A stretch of 63,687 nt of DNA, filler included, from Choristocarpus tenellus KU-1152 (taxonomy: Eukaryota; Protista; Phaeophyceae): the NCBI GenBank assembly GCA_964200185.2. It is 12 parts of 12 records of this genome, joined end to end, with 100 filler letters (N's around TTAATTAATTAA, not from the genome) between each part and the next. Parts side by side here need not be neighbours in the genome. Positions count along the whole stretch, not along the records: positions 1 to 2,769 come from CAXNAD020024913.1; positions 2,870 to 6,523 come from CAXNAD020018705.1; positions 6,624 to 9,340 come from CAXNAD020025348.1; positions 9,441 to 11,941 come from CAXNAD020027291.1; positions 12,042 to 15,918 come from CAXNAD020017426.1; 7 more parts are not named here. One strand, 5' to 3'. A program made the translations under genes and the position numbers. Numbering within the stretch: the stretch's first letter is position 1; each line of letters opens with the position of its first letter. Under the pieces are notes generated by a model. The model ran no database searches, had not been told where the DNA came from, and worked only from the letters and a program-made list of their open reading frames with translations. Of this stretch, positions 1 through 13,499 are shown piece after piece.

Positions 1-195
1 AGAGCGGGCGAGGCGCAGAAAGTGTGCGGGGGTGGGGGGGAGCGTCTACACCAGGGTGCCCATTTGGGTCAAAATCAGGAAAAGAACATTTACATTATCC
101 ATCCGAAGTATGCAACCAAATCGCCCAAAAATCGGGACATGAAAAAATTGACCTCAAATGGACAGGCGCCACCTCCCCCCCAGATACTTTGAGCC
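1..195. mobile_element. MITE family A (TIR ...CAAAGTATCT-polyG), partial copy
   Basis: Ends CCCCCCAGATACTTTGAGCC. Internal motifs (ctacaccagggtg, atccatccga..tatgcaaccaaa, caaatggac) recur in other copies: 6624-6668, 9314-9340, 12042-12148, 15891-15918, 16019-16074, 27674-27760, 34094-34265, 34366-34576, 42211-42259, 48615-48731, 59410-59533. Confidence 0.8.
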
Positions 196-2454
196 TCGAA
201 TACTCTATATATTATATGACATACTTATGCTAAGTTGCTGCTGAGCACACTTCATCACCAATGACTTGCACTAACTTACACATTCCTTTTTCAAACAGAG
301 AAGAAGCCTATTGTGTGTGATCTAAAAAAAAGGAGAGACAAATACATGGAAAGGAAACAAATATGAGGAAAGATGCACAGAAGACAAGGGAGTCCTTTAA
401 GTAAGTGAGACTCACAATATCAACAGTAGTAGCAGTAGTAGTAGTAGTAGCAGCAGTACTGTTCCTCACCAAATATATTCAATGAGCTCAGATAAACTCA
501 CTGTCAAATAAACGGGAAATTTTTGGATGCTGTCTCGGACATTTAATAAGATTATGACACCCCCATTTCAATGGATGTCACCGATAGATGTATATGTGCA
601 ATTAATCAATTTATATGGACGGACCGACCTTGACTCGCCGTGAAACACTTTGAAGATATTTGCGATGCACTCCTCATCGCTCATCATAACAAATTTAGCC
701 CGATTCGTATCGTTTATGGATCAAAAACGAATCTATTCAGAAATGAACTCATGTTTCCCGCGATTTGTTGTGCTTCAAAGACTCCCACTCCCAAAGGCTT
801 TTATTGTCAAAGGAGTCAGTGGTGAATGATCTTGGTAAAACGATTGAAGGTAATTGAGACTTAGGGAAAGTTTGGTCCGTTCGTGATATTTGCCGTTTTT
901 CTTTCCCACCCTATTTCATTGCGATATGTGCACAATAGTGTTCGCCAAATTGATAAGTCCCTTCCCAAACACAAAATGGCACCACATTTCAGCTAAAGAA
1001 CCTTCCACAATTGTACAGAAATGTGTGCTTTGACCACATTTCTCGGCGTTAAAGTGCAACCTTGCCTGTCTCTTAATTTCTTTGTCTCAAAATTGATTGG
1101 AATATGCGGATGAAGTTCTATGAACTATTTGGAAGAAATGCTTCAATGAGGTTTGGTTCGTATTCAAACTGTGTGCACCGGTTTATCTCACCTTTTGTTG
1201 CTGGTTATGTATCCGCTTCATTTTGGAATGACGCTATATATGTTACAGCACGAGTCTTACCGTATGCTGGATCTCTCACTTGGATGAATAAATACATAGT
1301 CAAGAAGAACACATGTATTACATGTAGGATTTCAAGGTCATAATGGCATTTATGAAACCGTCATCAAGACATATCGCCTGTAACATGCCCCCCTAGCATG
1401 AGGTATAGCTCCTTCAATGCTAAGAACAGGCGATTGGACAAGGAAATATAATGTCACTCCTTATCCTATCATGAACGTAGCAGAAATGAAATGAATGTCA
1501 CTTCCAGGTTCTAACATATCAATAGGCAGCGTTGGGGATCCAGCAGAGGAGGAAACTGTTCGTGGACAGTGCTGCTGATACACTATAGACACCGCCAGTC
1601 AAGTAGGTAATAGGATGGAAAGCCAGTGATAGATATACCGTATTTATTGACTGACTAGTGTCCACTGATTTCTCTTCTGTCCTATATTCGCTTTTTGCAC
1701 AGAAGATAAGTAACTAATTCATAGTAAGTTAGTGTGGACGATTGCAAACCCGACACTATGGGAAGAGAAATGGGTGCCACCAGTTGCGAACCCCATGAGT
1801 TCAGTCAATGGAATTAAGACCACAAGCCCCTCGTAACTCAAACATAATACATTAACACCAAGCTACTTATTGTCCTCTACCAAGGCACACGATTGACCAT
1901 ATTAACCGTGGGTCCAGTGTGGAATAATTCAACAGAAACCTGGAGGGAAATCCCCCTTCCGACGTTTGCCCTGACGACAGATATGCTGGCATGACACTCG
2001 CACCTCACAGTGCTCACTTTGCATTTGACTCAACATTCAAGAGAAAATCTCCTACTACGCCAGAGTCTCACACTCGTGTCAGAATAGGGTACTGTCTAAA
2101 AGGCCTCTTCGCATTTCAAAATCATGGAACACAAAGAAATGCAGACGCAAAATAATATCCCACGATCACAGAGAAAGAGCGTGTGCCAGAGGGAGGCTCT
2201 CCCCTCCTTGAGGTCTATGAACATACTCCGGAGTATAAAAAAATATAGATAAAAGTTTATCAAAATAACAAAATAGTAGGGTGCTGTCATAAGAAGGCTC
2301 TACTGTTACAGGCGAATAGCGCGAGCATTTCTTCCCATGTTTTAGCAAACACGATCATTTGTGACAGACGTATAGTGTGAGGATTGTTTCTCGCGTTCTA
2401 ACAAGTGCGAACAATATACGATATTCGCTTTAGGGCTAATAACGACATGTATAT

Positions 2455-2520
2455 ATATAGTTTTCATTGGTTTCCCCCCTGACACATCTGCAAAATGTCA
2501 GAGGGCATAATAATAATATA
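2455..2520 (+). mobile_element. LINE 3' terminus (hairpin plus TAA tail)
   Basis: tttcattggtttcccccctgacacatctgcaaaatgtcagagggcataataataat, the same tail that ends the LINE at 17440-19145. Confidence 0.75.
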
Positions 2521-2769
2521 TTAGTAACACATAGGTAGTCTTACAGAATAAATGATGATTTGATAGGAGATGCAGAGTAATATTTGAAATTCAAACATAA
2601 TCTTATAGAATAGATGTCAATTCCTGGAAGTTGCAGAATATAGATTTATGATCGAAGTATCTACTTAGCAGTTTGCAGACTTCATTTAACTCTTTGGCTG
2701 TAAACAGCCGATTTCAATAATTGAGGATGGAGCTTTTCATTGAGGATGGGCTTGACCCAAATTTGACTG

Positions 2770-2869
2770 NNNNNNNNNNNNNNNNNNNNNNNNNNNNNNN
2801 NNNNNNNNNNNNNTTAATTAATTAANNNNNNNNNNNNNNNNNNNNNNNNNNNNNNNNNNNNNNNNNNNN
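2770..2869. other. Artificial contig linker N44-TTAATTAATTAA-N44 (first of 11)
   Basis: Identical 100-nt spacer with stops in all six frames also at 6524-6623, 9341-9440, 11942-12041, 15919-16018, 27574-27673, 34266-34365, 38650-38749, 42260-42359, 48515-48614 and 60762-60861. Separate 10-N gaps at 34923-34932, 36047-36056 and 59458-59467. Confidence 0.97.
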
Positions 2870-3027
2870 TGAAAAGAAATTCATCTGTACTCAGCCCATT
2901 ACATCCGTTACACCCTGACTCACAAACATGCCCACGTGGTGCTGAGTGGGGCCCCCATCTCCCCCTCCTTGATCACCTTGCCCCACTGACCCCTCTAATA
3001 ATGAAACCTCCCTTGTGTTACATGCAG

Positions 3028-5423
3028 TGGTTTGCATAGTAAGGGCCAAGTGAAGACAGAGGGTACCTACACGAAACTCGGATCTCACAACAGAAAAGGA
3101 GGGCTTGTGGGGGAAGGAGGTCAGAGGGGACAGGTGGGAGGAGAGGGGGGACACTACCCAGTGTACTCCAAGATCAACACAAAGGAAGGAAATGACATGG
3201 TTCGAAGGTTCAAGACGGAAAGCAGTGGTGGGGTCTCTCGCCAAGGAGCAGGCGGAGGGGTGACTGCAGGAGGGGGGGAGAGGGAAGAGGGATCTATTGA
3301 ATCAGGGGAACTATCTAAGGAATTGGAAGGCTTGTTAGGTGAGTGTGGGAGTGAACAAAAAAAAAATACTAGCGTATTCTTGATTCTGCCACGATTTATC
3401 GAGACCGAGAATTAAGGGTAGATTTTGATTGGTCAATTTTTGCGCGAAGGCGTGAATCGCTCGCAGAGCACGGCGATTCGCACGCACGCATTTGTGTGCT
3501 GCGTGCATGTTTTGACTATGACCAACCGCGTAAAGGTTTTGCCAGGCAAATTTAACTTACCCTCAAAGAACTCCAAATGTTCTTGATTTTACAATACAAT
3601 ATACACGTAAGTGTACCATCTTCTTTTTTTTTTAAATGAAAATAGCTTTTTTTTTCTTTTCTTTGAGGTGGACATGTTCTCGTATCAGACTGAGATTTAA
3701 CACGATTTAACTCGTTCTCGCTTCACAGTTCAGTAGGAAATGGACGGGTACAAATATATTTGAATGTGGAGGTTGAAGGAGAGGTGAAGACGTAGAAATC
3801 ATTTCTACCTAGGAATATTGTACCGCAGATCAGGTGTTGAGTACAACACAATGTGAGGAATGATGTGCAATTCCCGATTTGGTGATATATATAACCTTGT
3901 TGTTTACCATGTACACATGATTTGTAGAAGGATCTCACCGTTTTATCAACATGTGTGTGTAAATGATTTGTCCCTATGTGTGGAGAGAAGACTAATTGTG
4001 TACAAGTCTTTTGCTGTGATTTAATAGGAAACAGCAATCTTGGACGGATTTTGTGTTGTGATCTAGTTGGAAAAAACGATTTTATACAAATTTTAAGTTT
4101 TTGTAATATAATAGGAAAAAAAATGTGTATGAGTCTTAGGTTACTTCGAATCTAATACATACAGTGCTTCATTCCCTTGTTGTTCTATGGATAGTGTAAA
4201 AAAAGATCATCCCCCTATCTAATCTATTTAAGAAATAGAAGGATATATATGGATATAGCCTGGTGGAACGCCAATCAATGCAGAAAATTCTTTCAGGGCT
4301 TTTCACTTGGCTGGACAGATAGCACGTTCACTGGCCTGCAGCCCAGTCAAGTTGAAACAGTCAATGGACATGGCCTCAATCGTGTTTAAACTTGATTCTG
4401 CATGGCCAGCCAGCAGCCCTGACCATGTTTAGTAGTGACAGGTATGAACTCGACCATGTTCCAATTTGGTTTGGATGTGGCCGACCGGAGCCCCCAGAAA
4501 TGTTGACTAGTGATGGTGATGGACTCAGCAATGTTAGAAAATTTTAGCCATGGATGGTCAGGTAATGTTTTCATGACACTGAGGCCACAAACGTCATGGC
4601 CATGCCTCCCTAATTTCCATTCACTCTGCTTGTATCTTGTATCCTTTACTATTATGGTAAGTACTAGAATCAATGTATATGTATTATATTTTATTGATAT
4701 TTCCACATTTTTTTCTACTTAACTATTTTTTCGAAACTATTTAAAATTTAAAATTTAAAGCAAATGCAGTGTTGCTTGTATGTTGTATCCTGTACTACTA
4801 TGGTATGTACTAGATACAAGGTATACATTATACTATACATTATACTATACATTATACTATACATTATACTATGCATTATACTATACATTATACTATACAT
4901 TATACTATACATTATACTTTTGTAGTTGTGTCTCGTGCCAGTTTACATCTCTACTGTTAATTAAGCACAGAAGGCAAGTATCGACTTCGAAATGTCAACT
5001 TCAGATTTCATTGGTTGGTTCATTTCTCGGGAGAGTGTTATGTATCTATGTATGTATGTGAAGTGTCTACTTGTATACTTGTTATGTATATATGTATATA
5101 TATAAACTGTCTACTGTTAAACTTATGTGAAGTGTCTACTGGTATACTAGTATTTTTTTTAACTTCTAGTAGAGTCTGCGCTGTGTTGTACACACTTTCT
5201 TATTATTTTGGGTGGTTCACCTTTTTTTATTATATTTTTACTCTAGGTACACCTTTCAGTTTGTCTCACTAACCCTAACCCTAACCCAACTCCGCTCTGT
5301 TTTTCAGAGGGCCTATGTGAGGAGCAGTGTCACGTGCTGAAGCTGGTGTTGGGGGGAAAGTCTGTCTTCTTTACAGGGGCTGCTGGGACGGGCAAGAGCT
5401 TTCTCCTCAAGAAGATACACCAG
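3028..5423 (+). CDS. PIF1: PIF1-family 5'-3' DNA helicase, partial (exons 3028-3338 and 5308-5423)
   Basis: A phase-1 GT-AG splice joins ...LEGLL to EGLCEEQCHVLKLVLGGKSVFFTGAAGTGKSFLLKKIHQ, the PIF1 Q-motif plus Walker A signature. Downstream helicase exons were not found and may be lost at linkers. Confidence 0.8.
4822..4917. repeat. 12-bp tandem repeat (TATACATTATAC), about 8 copies, intronic
   Basis: Directly visible; gives the spurious YYTL-repeat ORF. Confidence 0.9.
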
Positions 5424-6349
5424 GTGGACTCACATATGTGTCATACACACTCCGTACTTGACTATTAAACTTCACGTTCAAATGTAGACTATCCGTATCA
5501 AACAGCCCAAAAATATATATACATATATTTTTAATAAGATTATTTTTACTTCAAAGTTTAAAATGTTCTGTTTTTGTGGAAATATTTCAGAGTAACTCAT
5601 TTCGATCTTCTTTAAAGTACTTTTTAGGATGCTGAGTCCAAGAATTGAACATTATATTAAACATCACCGATGTTGGATAAAGATTGGTAGAACATTGTTG
5701 TCTCGTCCTCAGAGCAAGAGTAGACTGGCAGGTTGGGTTTTTGGCATGTGCCTGCCAATCGATCTCCTCGGGGTCCCTTGGGTTGGTCAAGATCCTCCTC
5801 GTGTGTTCTGTTGCATGTGCATGCACCGAGTGTTTTTTTTTGCACGTCAGTCGATTGACCCAACAAAGGGTTATAAAAAAAAACTTGGATGTGAAAAAAT
5901 CCTTGAATTTTGAATTGTGGGATGTTGTATCCGTCTCTCTTCTTGATTGTCTGCCTTTTTTTTTGTTGGACAATATTTTTTATTATATTTTACGCACAGT
6001 TTTGCATCTTAGGGTTAGGGGGCAGTTGTGCTAATCTGCCTTGTTGTTACAGTAGTTCTTTCGATATGCACACCACCCCGACACTTCTTGGTGCTGGAGT
6101 GATTGTGTCGATAAAGGGTATATATCGTACCGTATCTCCCACAGGATCCCTTGGACTAAGGTGTATATAAAAGATATGACTGCTATTGTTTATATAGGTG
6201 AGAGGAGTCCTTTGTATCGGGGTTCTATTTTGTGAGATGTGCATTGTGTTTGAAGGTAGGAACAAGGAGCTCCCAAACATTGCACTAGAATATCAAAATG
6301 AACAATTGAACCAGTATGATTCACGATGAGTATGATGAGTAGCGAGAGT

Positions 6350-6523
6350 TGCCTTGAATAATGCCCTGAAGTGATGTCACTACTATTATTGTCTTGAATA
6401 TTGCCCTGAAGTGATGTCACTACTATTATTGTCTTGAATATTGCCCTGAAGTGATGTCACTACTACTATTGTCTTGAATATTGCCCTGAAGTGATGTCAC
6501 TACTATTATTGTCTTGAATATTG
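6350..6523. repeat. 40-bp tandem repeat, at least 4 copies, truncated by linker
   Basis: ttgccctgaagtgatgtcactactattattgtcttgaata at 6361, 6401, 6441 and 6481, with no spacers. Confidence 0.92.
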
Positions 6524-8379
6524 NNNNNNNNNNNNNNNNNNNNNNNNNNNNNNNNNNNNNNNNNNNNTTAATTAATTAANNNNNNNNNNNNNNNNNNNNN
6601 NNNNNNNNNNNNNNNNNNNNNNNGTGAAAAACGGACGCCGACACCTCCCCCCCCAGATACTTTGACCCATAATAGTCACCTAGGTGTTCTGTGAAATATC
6701 GCAGTACTTAACCTGTCTCTGTAGGAGCTGAAGAAAGAGAAAAATAATTTCAACAGTAGTGCAACTCTCCACTCAGTATGCAGATTTTGCTGTTGCGACT
6801 TGCGGTACATACAGGGGCAGCTTTTTCTTCATTTTATCACGAACTGATTGTTGTTGTCATGGGCTGAAGACAGAAAATGTATGCATATAGAGAAGGTAGC
6901 ATTATGCATGTCTGTTGGACTGTGCGTATATGCATGTGTTATGTTGCCAGTATATTGCCTGAACGTTGTGCTGTTCTTTTTTTTGAAATGTATTATATTT
7001 TCTGTTTCCAAAACAATTTACATACTTTCTCTTCAAAATAGAGAGGCATTTGAAATATAGTTTTTGTATCGATTGCTAGACGCGAAGTGGTGGATCTTTG
7101 CTACCAATATATCGCCAGACATAACCCGCTGTAAATTCTAGACACCTGCAGTCCCACAGGTCCGTTGATTACTGTTTATGATGGGACTGTTGGCTAGAAT
7201 GTTTGTATCTGACAGGGGCCTGCCCTGTGAAGCCTTCACTATTAGTTTAGAAGTCCCTACTGGCCATGTTTAAGGTCAAAGTTAGGCACAAAGTCCCACA
7301 CATAAACACCATGTATACTTCGCTTGATTAAAGAAATTTGCACAAGCACAAACAGACCCCCGCCAGCCCCCCCAACAAACCCCCAACCCCCTTCTACTCA
7401 GGCACAGGTCGTCCTTGCTCCTACCCAAGCGCAATCTACCCTGCCTGAGCCATTCCTGCTGATACCCCCAGAACACCGTGGATGGTGGCTGCTGGATTAC
7501 TACCCATTTCCCCCCTGGTACGGACCGCACAGCCCCCTTCTGAGCCTTTCCCCTTCCTGTTGTGCTGCACTTGCTGGGCTACCACCGTCATGGCGGACAG
7601 TTTCCTAGACCTCAACCTCTACCAGTTTCCTCCTGGAGCTGCTGGAGCTCTTATGTCCACTGACTGGCGTGCCTTCAATTGGTTCTTCCCCCATTGCACA
7701 GCCCCTAATTGATACCTGTTCGTAGTATTGTTACGCCTTGCAGTACCCCATCCCGGTCACATGCAGGAGGTAACAAGTAGCCCACTATGACTGTTCTAAG
7801 TGAGAGACAGAACAACTAACAACTACGATTGATTATTGCTCCACCATATAGCAAATCGTCAACCTCTTTGGTGGCATTGTGTGATAAGCAAAGGCAATAG
7901 TACCCCCTTCAACAATCCATTAGTAGTAGTGAGCAAAATAGAAGTTTGAGAAAGTGTGATTCGCGGTCGTGCGATTGAAGGCGTGACAACAATGACCAAA
8001 AATTGGCTCTATTGGAACTGTACAACCATGCCAAAAACATATTATAGTGTCAACAATGTGATGTACCAAATTCCACCTTATCTTTTTCGATTTCACTATC
8101 ATGACAATATTCACTAATTTCGTGCATCTTCTGTATACTTCCTGATAGGGCAATTTTGACTGTTTCATACAAAAAAAGAACAAATGTGTGGGATATGAAA
8201 CTATACAAGACACATCCCTTGTTATAATCACAATCGGGTGGTTTGGGGATGTGATAAATTCCGCATCCCAGTGAAGGGCATCTGCTCTTGCGGTGAGGAA
8301 GAAATGATCTGTCGCAGAGGGGTACGAGGTGACGACTGAGAGAAGGTATGGGACGACCAATGTACAACCCCCATCTCCT

Positions 8380-9135
8380 TCCTTACTCTTTGTTGCCTTT
8401 ATCCCTGAAATTATTAGCACAGCCCATCTACTGGCATGTAGCCGGTCTGTGTTGTGGCAGCAGCAGTAATCTGTAGGTCGAAGCGACCCCTTGGGTGCGT
8501 AATCACCCTTGAATTCCATTGACATCGGCCAGAATGGGAAGATTACCATCACGTAGAAGAAAAACACTCGGACTACTAGTTGTAAAAGGTCTTCTCACGC
8601 TCGCTCCCTCCCTCCGTCTGTGCCATCTTACGATACTCGATCGATAATCATCTAGACAGGATCTCAATATTTGTGAGTTTGCCCTACTTCTTCTCTTGGG
8701 AACAATGTTGCTCACATTGGTGCGAGCAAGTATGGTGAGGGTCGCATGTGGTTGGGCTTCTTTGTTGACACGCTCGTCTTACAAGAAGTCCAGAAATTAA
8801 GAAAAGGAGAAGAAAGCTAGAATTTTTTCGTATTAATACTACAGCCTGGCTGGTAAGAGCGGTATCACTCCAGAAAGGTGCCAGAACTCGTCAATCCATC
8901 ACCTCTGCTTGTCGTGAAACTTTGAACTACGATTCTATTCGATTTATCAACCCTGTCAAGGGATTTCTGGTGTCGACCAAAGACCCGAGCCTTTTCTGTG
9001 CTGAGTTCTCCCATCTTTGTCACATGTCTAACTATCATGAAGGGGGGAGATCTTGATATAGGTCTTCAGAAGTTTGGCATCCTCAGTCGCCTTAAGAAAT
9101 TCTTTTTCACCAGGCTTGGAAGGTTTCTGCGACAT
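8380..9135 (-). pseudogene. Degenerate Myb/SANT-like (NAM-associated-type) protein, possibly a PIF/Harbinger accessory ORF
   Basis: Minus-strand fragments ..EFLKATEDAKLLKTYIKIS.. and ..SGIKATKSKE.. resemble the EDxxLxxxWxxIS and RPxGxKxAK motifs of these proteins. Many stops and frameshifts. Confidence 0.4.
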
Positions 9136-9440
9136 GGCAGGGTGCCGCCACCATTACAACCACGCCAATACGAATCTATCTGGACGACTTAAGAAGGCAC
9201 AACACACGGTGGGTAGCTACACTCTATCACAGCTCTACCCCTCACCCTCAGTCTTGCACATCTGCTAGTGAGGGAGAAAATGTGAATGCAACCAAAAATA
9301 TGGGTGACACAATGAGTCAAAGTATCTGGGGGGGGGGTGGNNNNNNNNNNNNNNNNNNNNNNNNNNNNNNNNNNNNNNNNNNNNTTAATTAATTAANNNN
9401 NNNNNNNNNNNNNNNNNNNNNNNNNNNNNNNNNNNNNNNN

Positions 9441-11626
9441 GGGGGCTGTTGCTCTTAGTCATTGCTGCATGTAATGAGGTAGCTGCAGCCCACCTTGCAG
9501 TGAATTCAGTTTAGTTCAGGTGAAGAGATAAGTGACCAAAGGAGAGTGCTTAACTCACTAACCTTGCCATGTCGTTGGTTTGATGGACCAGATCACAAGG
9601 AAATAGGTATGTCAGAAAAGCCTCCTGAGGTGGGGGCAGGGCTGTCACTGTCTACTAGTGGGGCACCCCAAGGACCATCTTGCATCGATATGTGTCGTTC
9701 ATCAGTTGTGAGTGTCTTGTGCATAGAGTTGTTTTTGTTTCACACCCTCTGTTGGTTACTGATTCTGATGCTACTGATATTTTTCAACTCTGTCACACTG
9801 TATATCTGTTGACAGTACTAATTCATGTTTTTGGTGTTATGTTGTAGAAAAGGTCATTTGTGTTATGTCTTGTGCGTTATGTCTTGTCCGGGGGAAAGTT
9901 CTCCAAACCCTATTTCCAAGGTAAGTGGTGATGTTTTCATCGTGTCGCCTATTTGTCTCCCTCCAACTATGGCGTGTATGATGTATGATGCGTGTTGTAA
10001 CATAGGACAGGTGTGTTGGGCATACTTCAAAATGTGAGGTGATTGGTGTACTATGTACTCTATGTTCCTGGTTGTGAATAGTTATCTCTGGGCTGTTCAT
10101 ACCTCCCCCTCCCGTGACGCTTTTACTGACTTTGGCCTGCTATGATAACATAGATGTGTGTGTGTGTGTGTGTCTGACATGCACACAAATGAACATGTAC
10201 CTACACACCTCTCTGTGCCTTGAAAAAGGTGGGTGAAGCAAGGGAGTACAAGACTGGTACCTGGTTGAGTGAGTTGGCGGCATCAGCCATAGAGGGGGGA
10301 GATGGTATTGGCACGGGACAAAGTGTACCGATCACTAGAACAAGGACCGTGGCAGATGCCGGGACAGGTGGAGGGGGTGAAAGGGATAAGCAGGAAGGAG
10401 AAAGGGGGGAGTGGGGATTGTTCCAAGCACCCGTGAAGCATTTCCTGCAGGTATTACGTTGGTTTGTTTTGTTCAGCTGGGGTTAGGGATTTGAGTGAAG
10501 GTGCAGGGTAGGGAGGGGATTGCTGTGGTGAAGATTGAGGTTTAGGAATGACACCGGTATGATCGAAGTGGTGTTAGGTGTTAGGGTTAGGGTTAGGGTT
10601 AGAGCTGGCAGTTGATATTGATGTTAGGTGTATTGTGGTGTGGTGTGGTGTATTGGGGTCACGTGAGTATATTATGGGCACTGGATGGAGAGGTTGAAGA
10701 GGTCGAGGGGGTTGTCTTGTTGGGAAATGAGAGGGCGATATTGGGATTGTGGGAGTGGGAGTGAGAGATGACTGGCAAAGGAAGACAGGAGGAAGCAAAC
10801 CTCTATGTGATTGATGGTTATATTTGTAGTCTTGTGGTTCTGTGATTTGTATTGTAGTTATGTAGTGCATGGGTGAGGAGGACACATGACTGATGCCTTA
10901 GGGTTATAGGGTTAGCGTGCTCACAGTGAGTTGAGATTTGTTTAGTAGATCTTAAAGGTTCGAGTGTTTGGGCTGACCCCAAGAGGGGGGGTGAAGAGGT
11001 CTGGTTTTGATTACACTCCAACAGTATATTTAGATTATCCTGTTGTACCTATGGCATAGAGTTGGAGGTGTGGGGGAATGTATTTGCCATGGTGAGAGAT
11101 GCTGTGATTGTAGGTAGGATAGGTTGTTTTACTCTCTGTTAATGTTCATTTTTTTATTTAGGTGCTCCTATACTTGCAGAGGCCGTGTGTCATACAAGTG
11201 CAATGTGCTGTCGTTTTTGGAACCCTTTCGCATCATCTCCTCCAACCCCCCACCCACTTTTATTATTACTATTATTGCCCTGTATGTATAATAAATAGTG
11301 TATGTTCCCCATCATCCCCACTTCTGCTGCCTGCTTGTTTGTTTTTTTAACTGGTGTCTTTTTTTCTTTTTTTTGAGTAGTCTGTTTACCAGGTGAGCAC
11401 AGGGCGCACAACGGGGATCCCAGCAGACCCAGTATCTGCCTTTTGTAGGGCATGCTCAGCCTTAGCTTACACAGTGAGCACCGCAGCTATGGACATGGAG
11501 GGTGTACCTCTAGACTACTTGAGGGGTGTGGTATCAGATCCTATCGAGGCGGTGAGGTTAGGCTACCTTAAGAAGGTGGTGGCGGCTCTTAGGGTGGCTG
11601 CTGATCATTCGGAGGTTGGGCCTGAG
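9441..11626 (+). CDS. Internal exons of an unknown protein (9441-9478, 10229-10450, 11162-11197, 11393-11626)
   Basis: Four exons with canonical AG/GT sites, all phase 0, give one open frame (..LLLVIAACNE/VGEAREY..KHFLQ/VLLYLQRPCVIQ/VSTGRTTG..EVGPE). Truncated by linkers on both sides. Confidence 0.65.
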
Positions 11627-11838
11627 GTAGGTGGAGGTTGGGGGAAAGGGGGAGGCTAGGGGGGCCGTTAGAGATGTTGATTGTTGGCAATAGCCAGGAA
11701 GAGCCAGGAAGAATAATATCATACTATTTTGTGCGGTTCTTGTTTGGGTAGGTTTAACTTTGAGGATGATAAGTTGGATAGAGATGTGTGGGTGTAACCT
11801 AACAATTGAAAGAAGATTTAATGGTCTTCCCATATTCC

Positions 11839-11884
<46 letters not shown>

Positions 11885-12148
11885 CCCCCCCCTCCGCCTC
11901 CGCCCCCGTGCTCCTCGTGTTTTTTTTTTTCTTTTTTGTTTNNNNNNNNNNNNNNNNNNNNNNNNNNNNNNNNNNNNNNNNNNNNTTAATTAATTAANNN
12001 NNNNNNNNNNNNNNNNNNNNNNNNNNNNNNNNNNNNNNNNNATTTACAGCATCCATCCGACGTATGCAACCAAATAACCCCAAAATCGTGACATGAAAAA
12101 ATGGACCCCGAATGGACAGCTGCCACCCCCTCCCAGATACTTTGAGCC

Positions 12149-12584
12149 AGCACCTCTAGTGTCTGTCCATATTCCTGGGCCAGAGGTATCGGGTGGTCTT
12201 TCACAAACTTCTCCACAATGTTCTGTACAAACTCATTATCCTGGCTTCGGTCCTAACTACACATCGTAATGCTGTGAGCCCACACCTTTCCCTTTCCGAG
12301 ATTTCCCTCTTCCCTCAGGTCCCTCAACCACCAACCTATGGACAGAAGCGCTGTCAGGAAGAGATTGAAGAACTCTTGTTGTGTCAAGTCTTGGTGGTTG
12401 TGTTGAAGTTGGGCACTTAAGTCCATGGACATGGCGGCATGGCCTTTGGGGAGGCGGGATTTGCAGTGTTTGTACTGTTGCATCTGCCACATGGTGGTGT
12501 TGCGGTGAAGGAAAAAAATCTGGTCGAAGTTTGCACAGAGGACCTTGATGGGTGTAGGGAAGCCCTCCGTCCGTGGAACAGCAC
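12149..12584 (-). mobile_element. Sola2-like DDE transposase remnant
   Basis: HRNTTMWQMQQYKHCKSRLPKGHAAMSMDLSAQLQHNHQDLTQQEFF...MCS*DRSQDNEFVQ resembles the HxxxxxWQ..DF(A/S)xxY..QxxxQxExF..SDDxxHD..VQ pattern I associate with Sola2-type transposases. Internal stop present. Confidence 0.6.
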
Positions 12585-12678
12585 CTGAATGTGAAGGGGT
12601 AAGTAGTCGCGTTTTAAGCGATACAGCAAGTGATCCTAACTAATGATGCAGATATTGTTGTGGTATACGTGTGTTTAT

Positions 12679-12937
12679 GAGTGAAAGTATCTTAGAGGGC
12701 ACGAGTTTTGCCCCGTTTGCCCATTTGGGGCTTGGCTTCCCATGAGGTTTCATATTACATTTTCCTACTCCAAAATGTTTCAGAGTAGGCAAAATGTGTT
12801 CGATATAAAAAGGTGTACCTAGAACAAGGATATTGACACTTCCTAACAAACACGATAACCAAAATTACATCAAAATCGCAAAATTAAATTTTGGATCCCA
12901 AATGGATGCGGCTCTACCCTCTAACATACTTCGACTC
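12679..12937. mobile_element. MITE family B (~258 bp; GAGTGAAAGTATCTTAGAGGG...CCCTCTAAGATACTTTGGCTC)
   Basis: Terminal inverted repeats (TIRs) visible; homologous to the copies at 18431, 19390 and 50958. Confidence 0.85.
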
Positions 12938-13499
12938 TATGCTGATATAGGGAAGGCTTATCTGCCCATTGTTGGACGACAACATCGTGAACCCTTTCAA
13001 TATACACCATCCTTTTGCCCAAACAAGACGCTCGCTCACCAGTTCATCCTTTTCCACCAAATGCTTCATAAAACATTTTACCAAGTGTTGTGTTCTTTTC
13101 GTCACCAATATCGATACAATTTTGGCATTGACGACTCACCACTCCCACTCCCTTTCTTCACCTCACTCCTTTCGCCCATAAAGGGTCTAGTTGGAGAACC
13201 ACCTGCTTGGTGTCTGGAGAAAGCGCAAGAGAAGCAGCACGACGGTTCCAGCGTAAGTGCGGTACCGCCATCATCTCCATAATTTCGACATCCAATGTCT
13301 CATTGCAAACGTTCCAATAACACGGTACCAACCCTTCATTCCAACCTCTGCAATTTCGACAGTCGATTTGTGCACTTGTATCATTAACGATAATGTTTGC
13401 TATGGAACTAATCGATGCGTATCTCCTCACATTCCCACGTTCCTCTGTCTTGGTCATGTCGCCCTATCTTCCATACACTGCACACATCCTCGACTAGTT

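Noticed and set aside
640-1400. Possible integrase or viral remnant (..ASFWNDAIYVTARVLP..)
   Set aside because: Only one weak motif and no supporting domains.
2814-2825. TTAATTAATTAA as a biological motif or piggyBac target site
   Set aside because: Always embedded in a fixed N44 context; it is an assembly artefact.
4822-4917. loxP-like core (ATACATTATAC)
   Set aside because: No 13-bp inverted arms; it is a simple 12-bp tandem repeat.
3028-5423. PIF1 as a Helitron RepHel or viral helicase
   Set aside because: It has a long spliceosomal intron and a low-complexity N-terminal exon, with no HUH Rep motifs, which fits a host PIF1.
6350-6523. 40-bp repeats as a CRISPR array
   Set aside because: Units are head-to-tail with no unique spacers, there are no cas genes, and the context is eukaryotic.
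7920-8567. 215-aa ORF as an intact gene
   Set aside because: The composition is implausible; only a short part resembles the degenerate Myb/NAM-associated remnant.
10581-10601. TTAGGG repeats as a chromosome end
   Set aside because: Only 3-4 units, inside an intron.
11760-11997. Poly-proline ORFs
   Set aside because: They arise from a poly-C run at a contig end and read into Ns.
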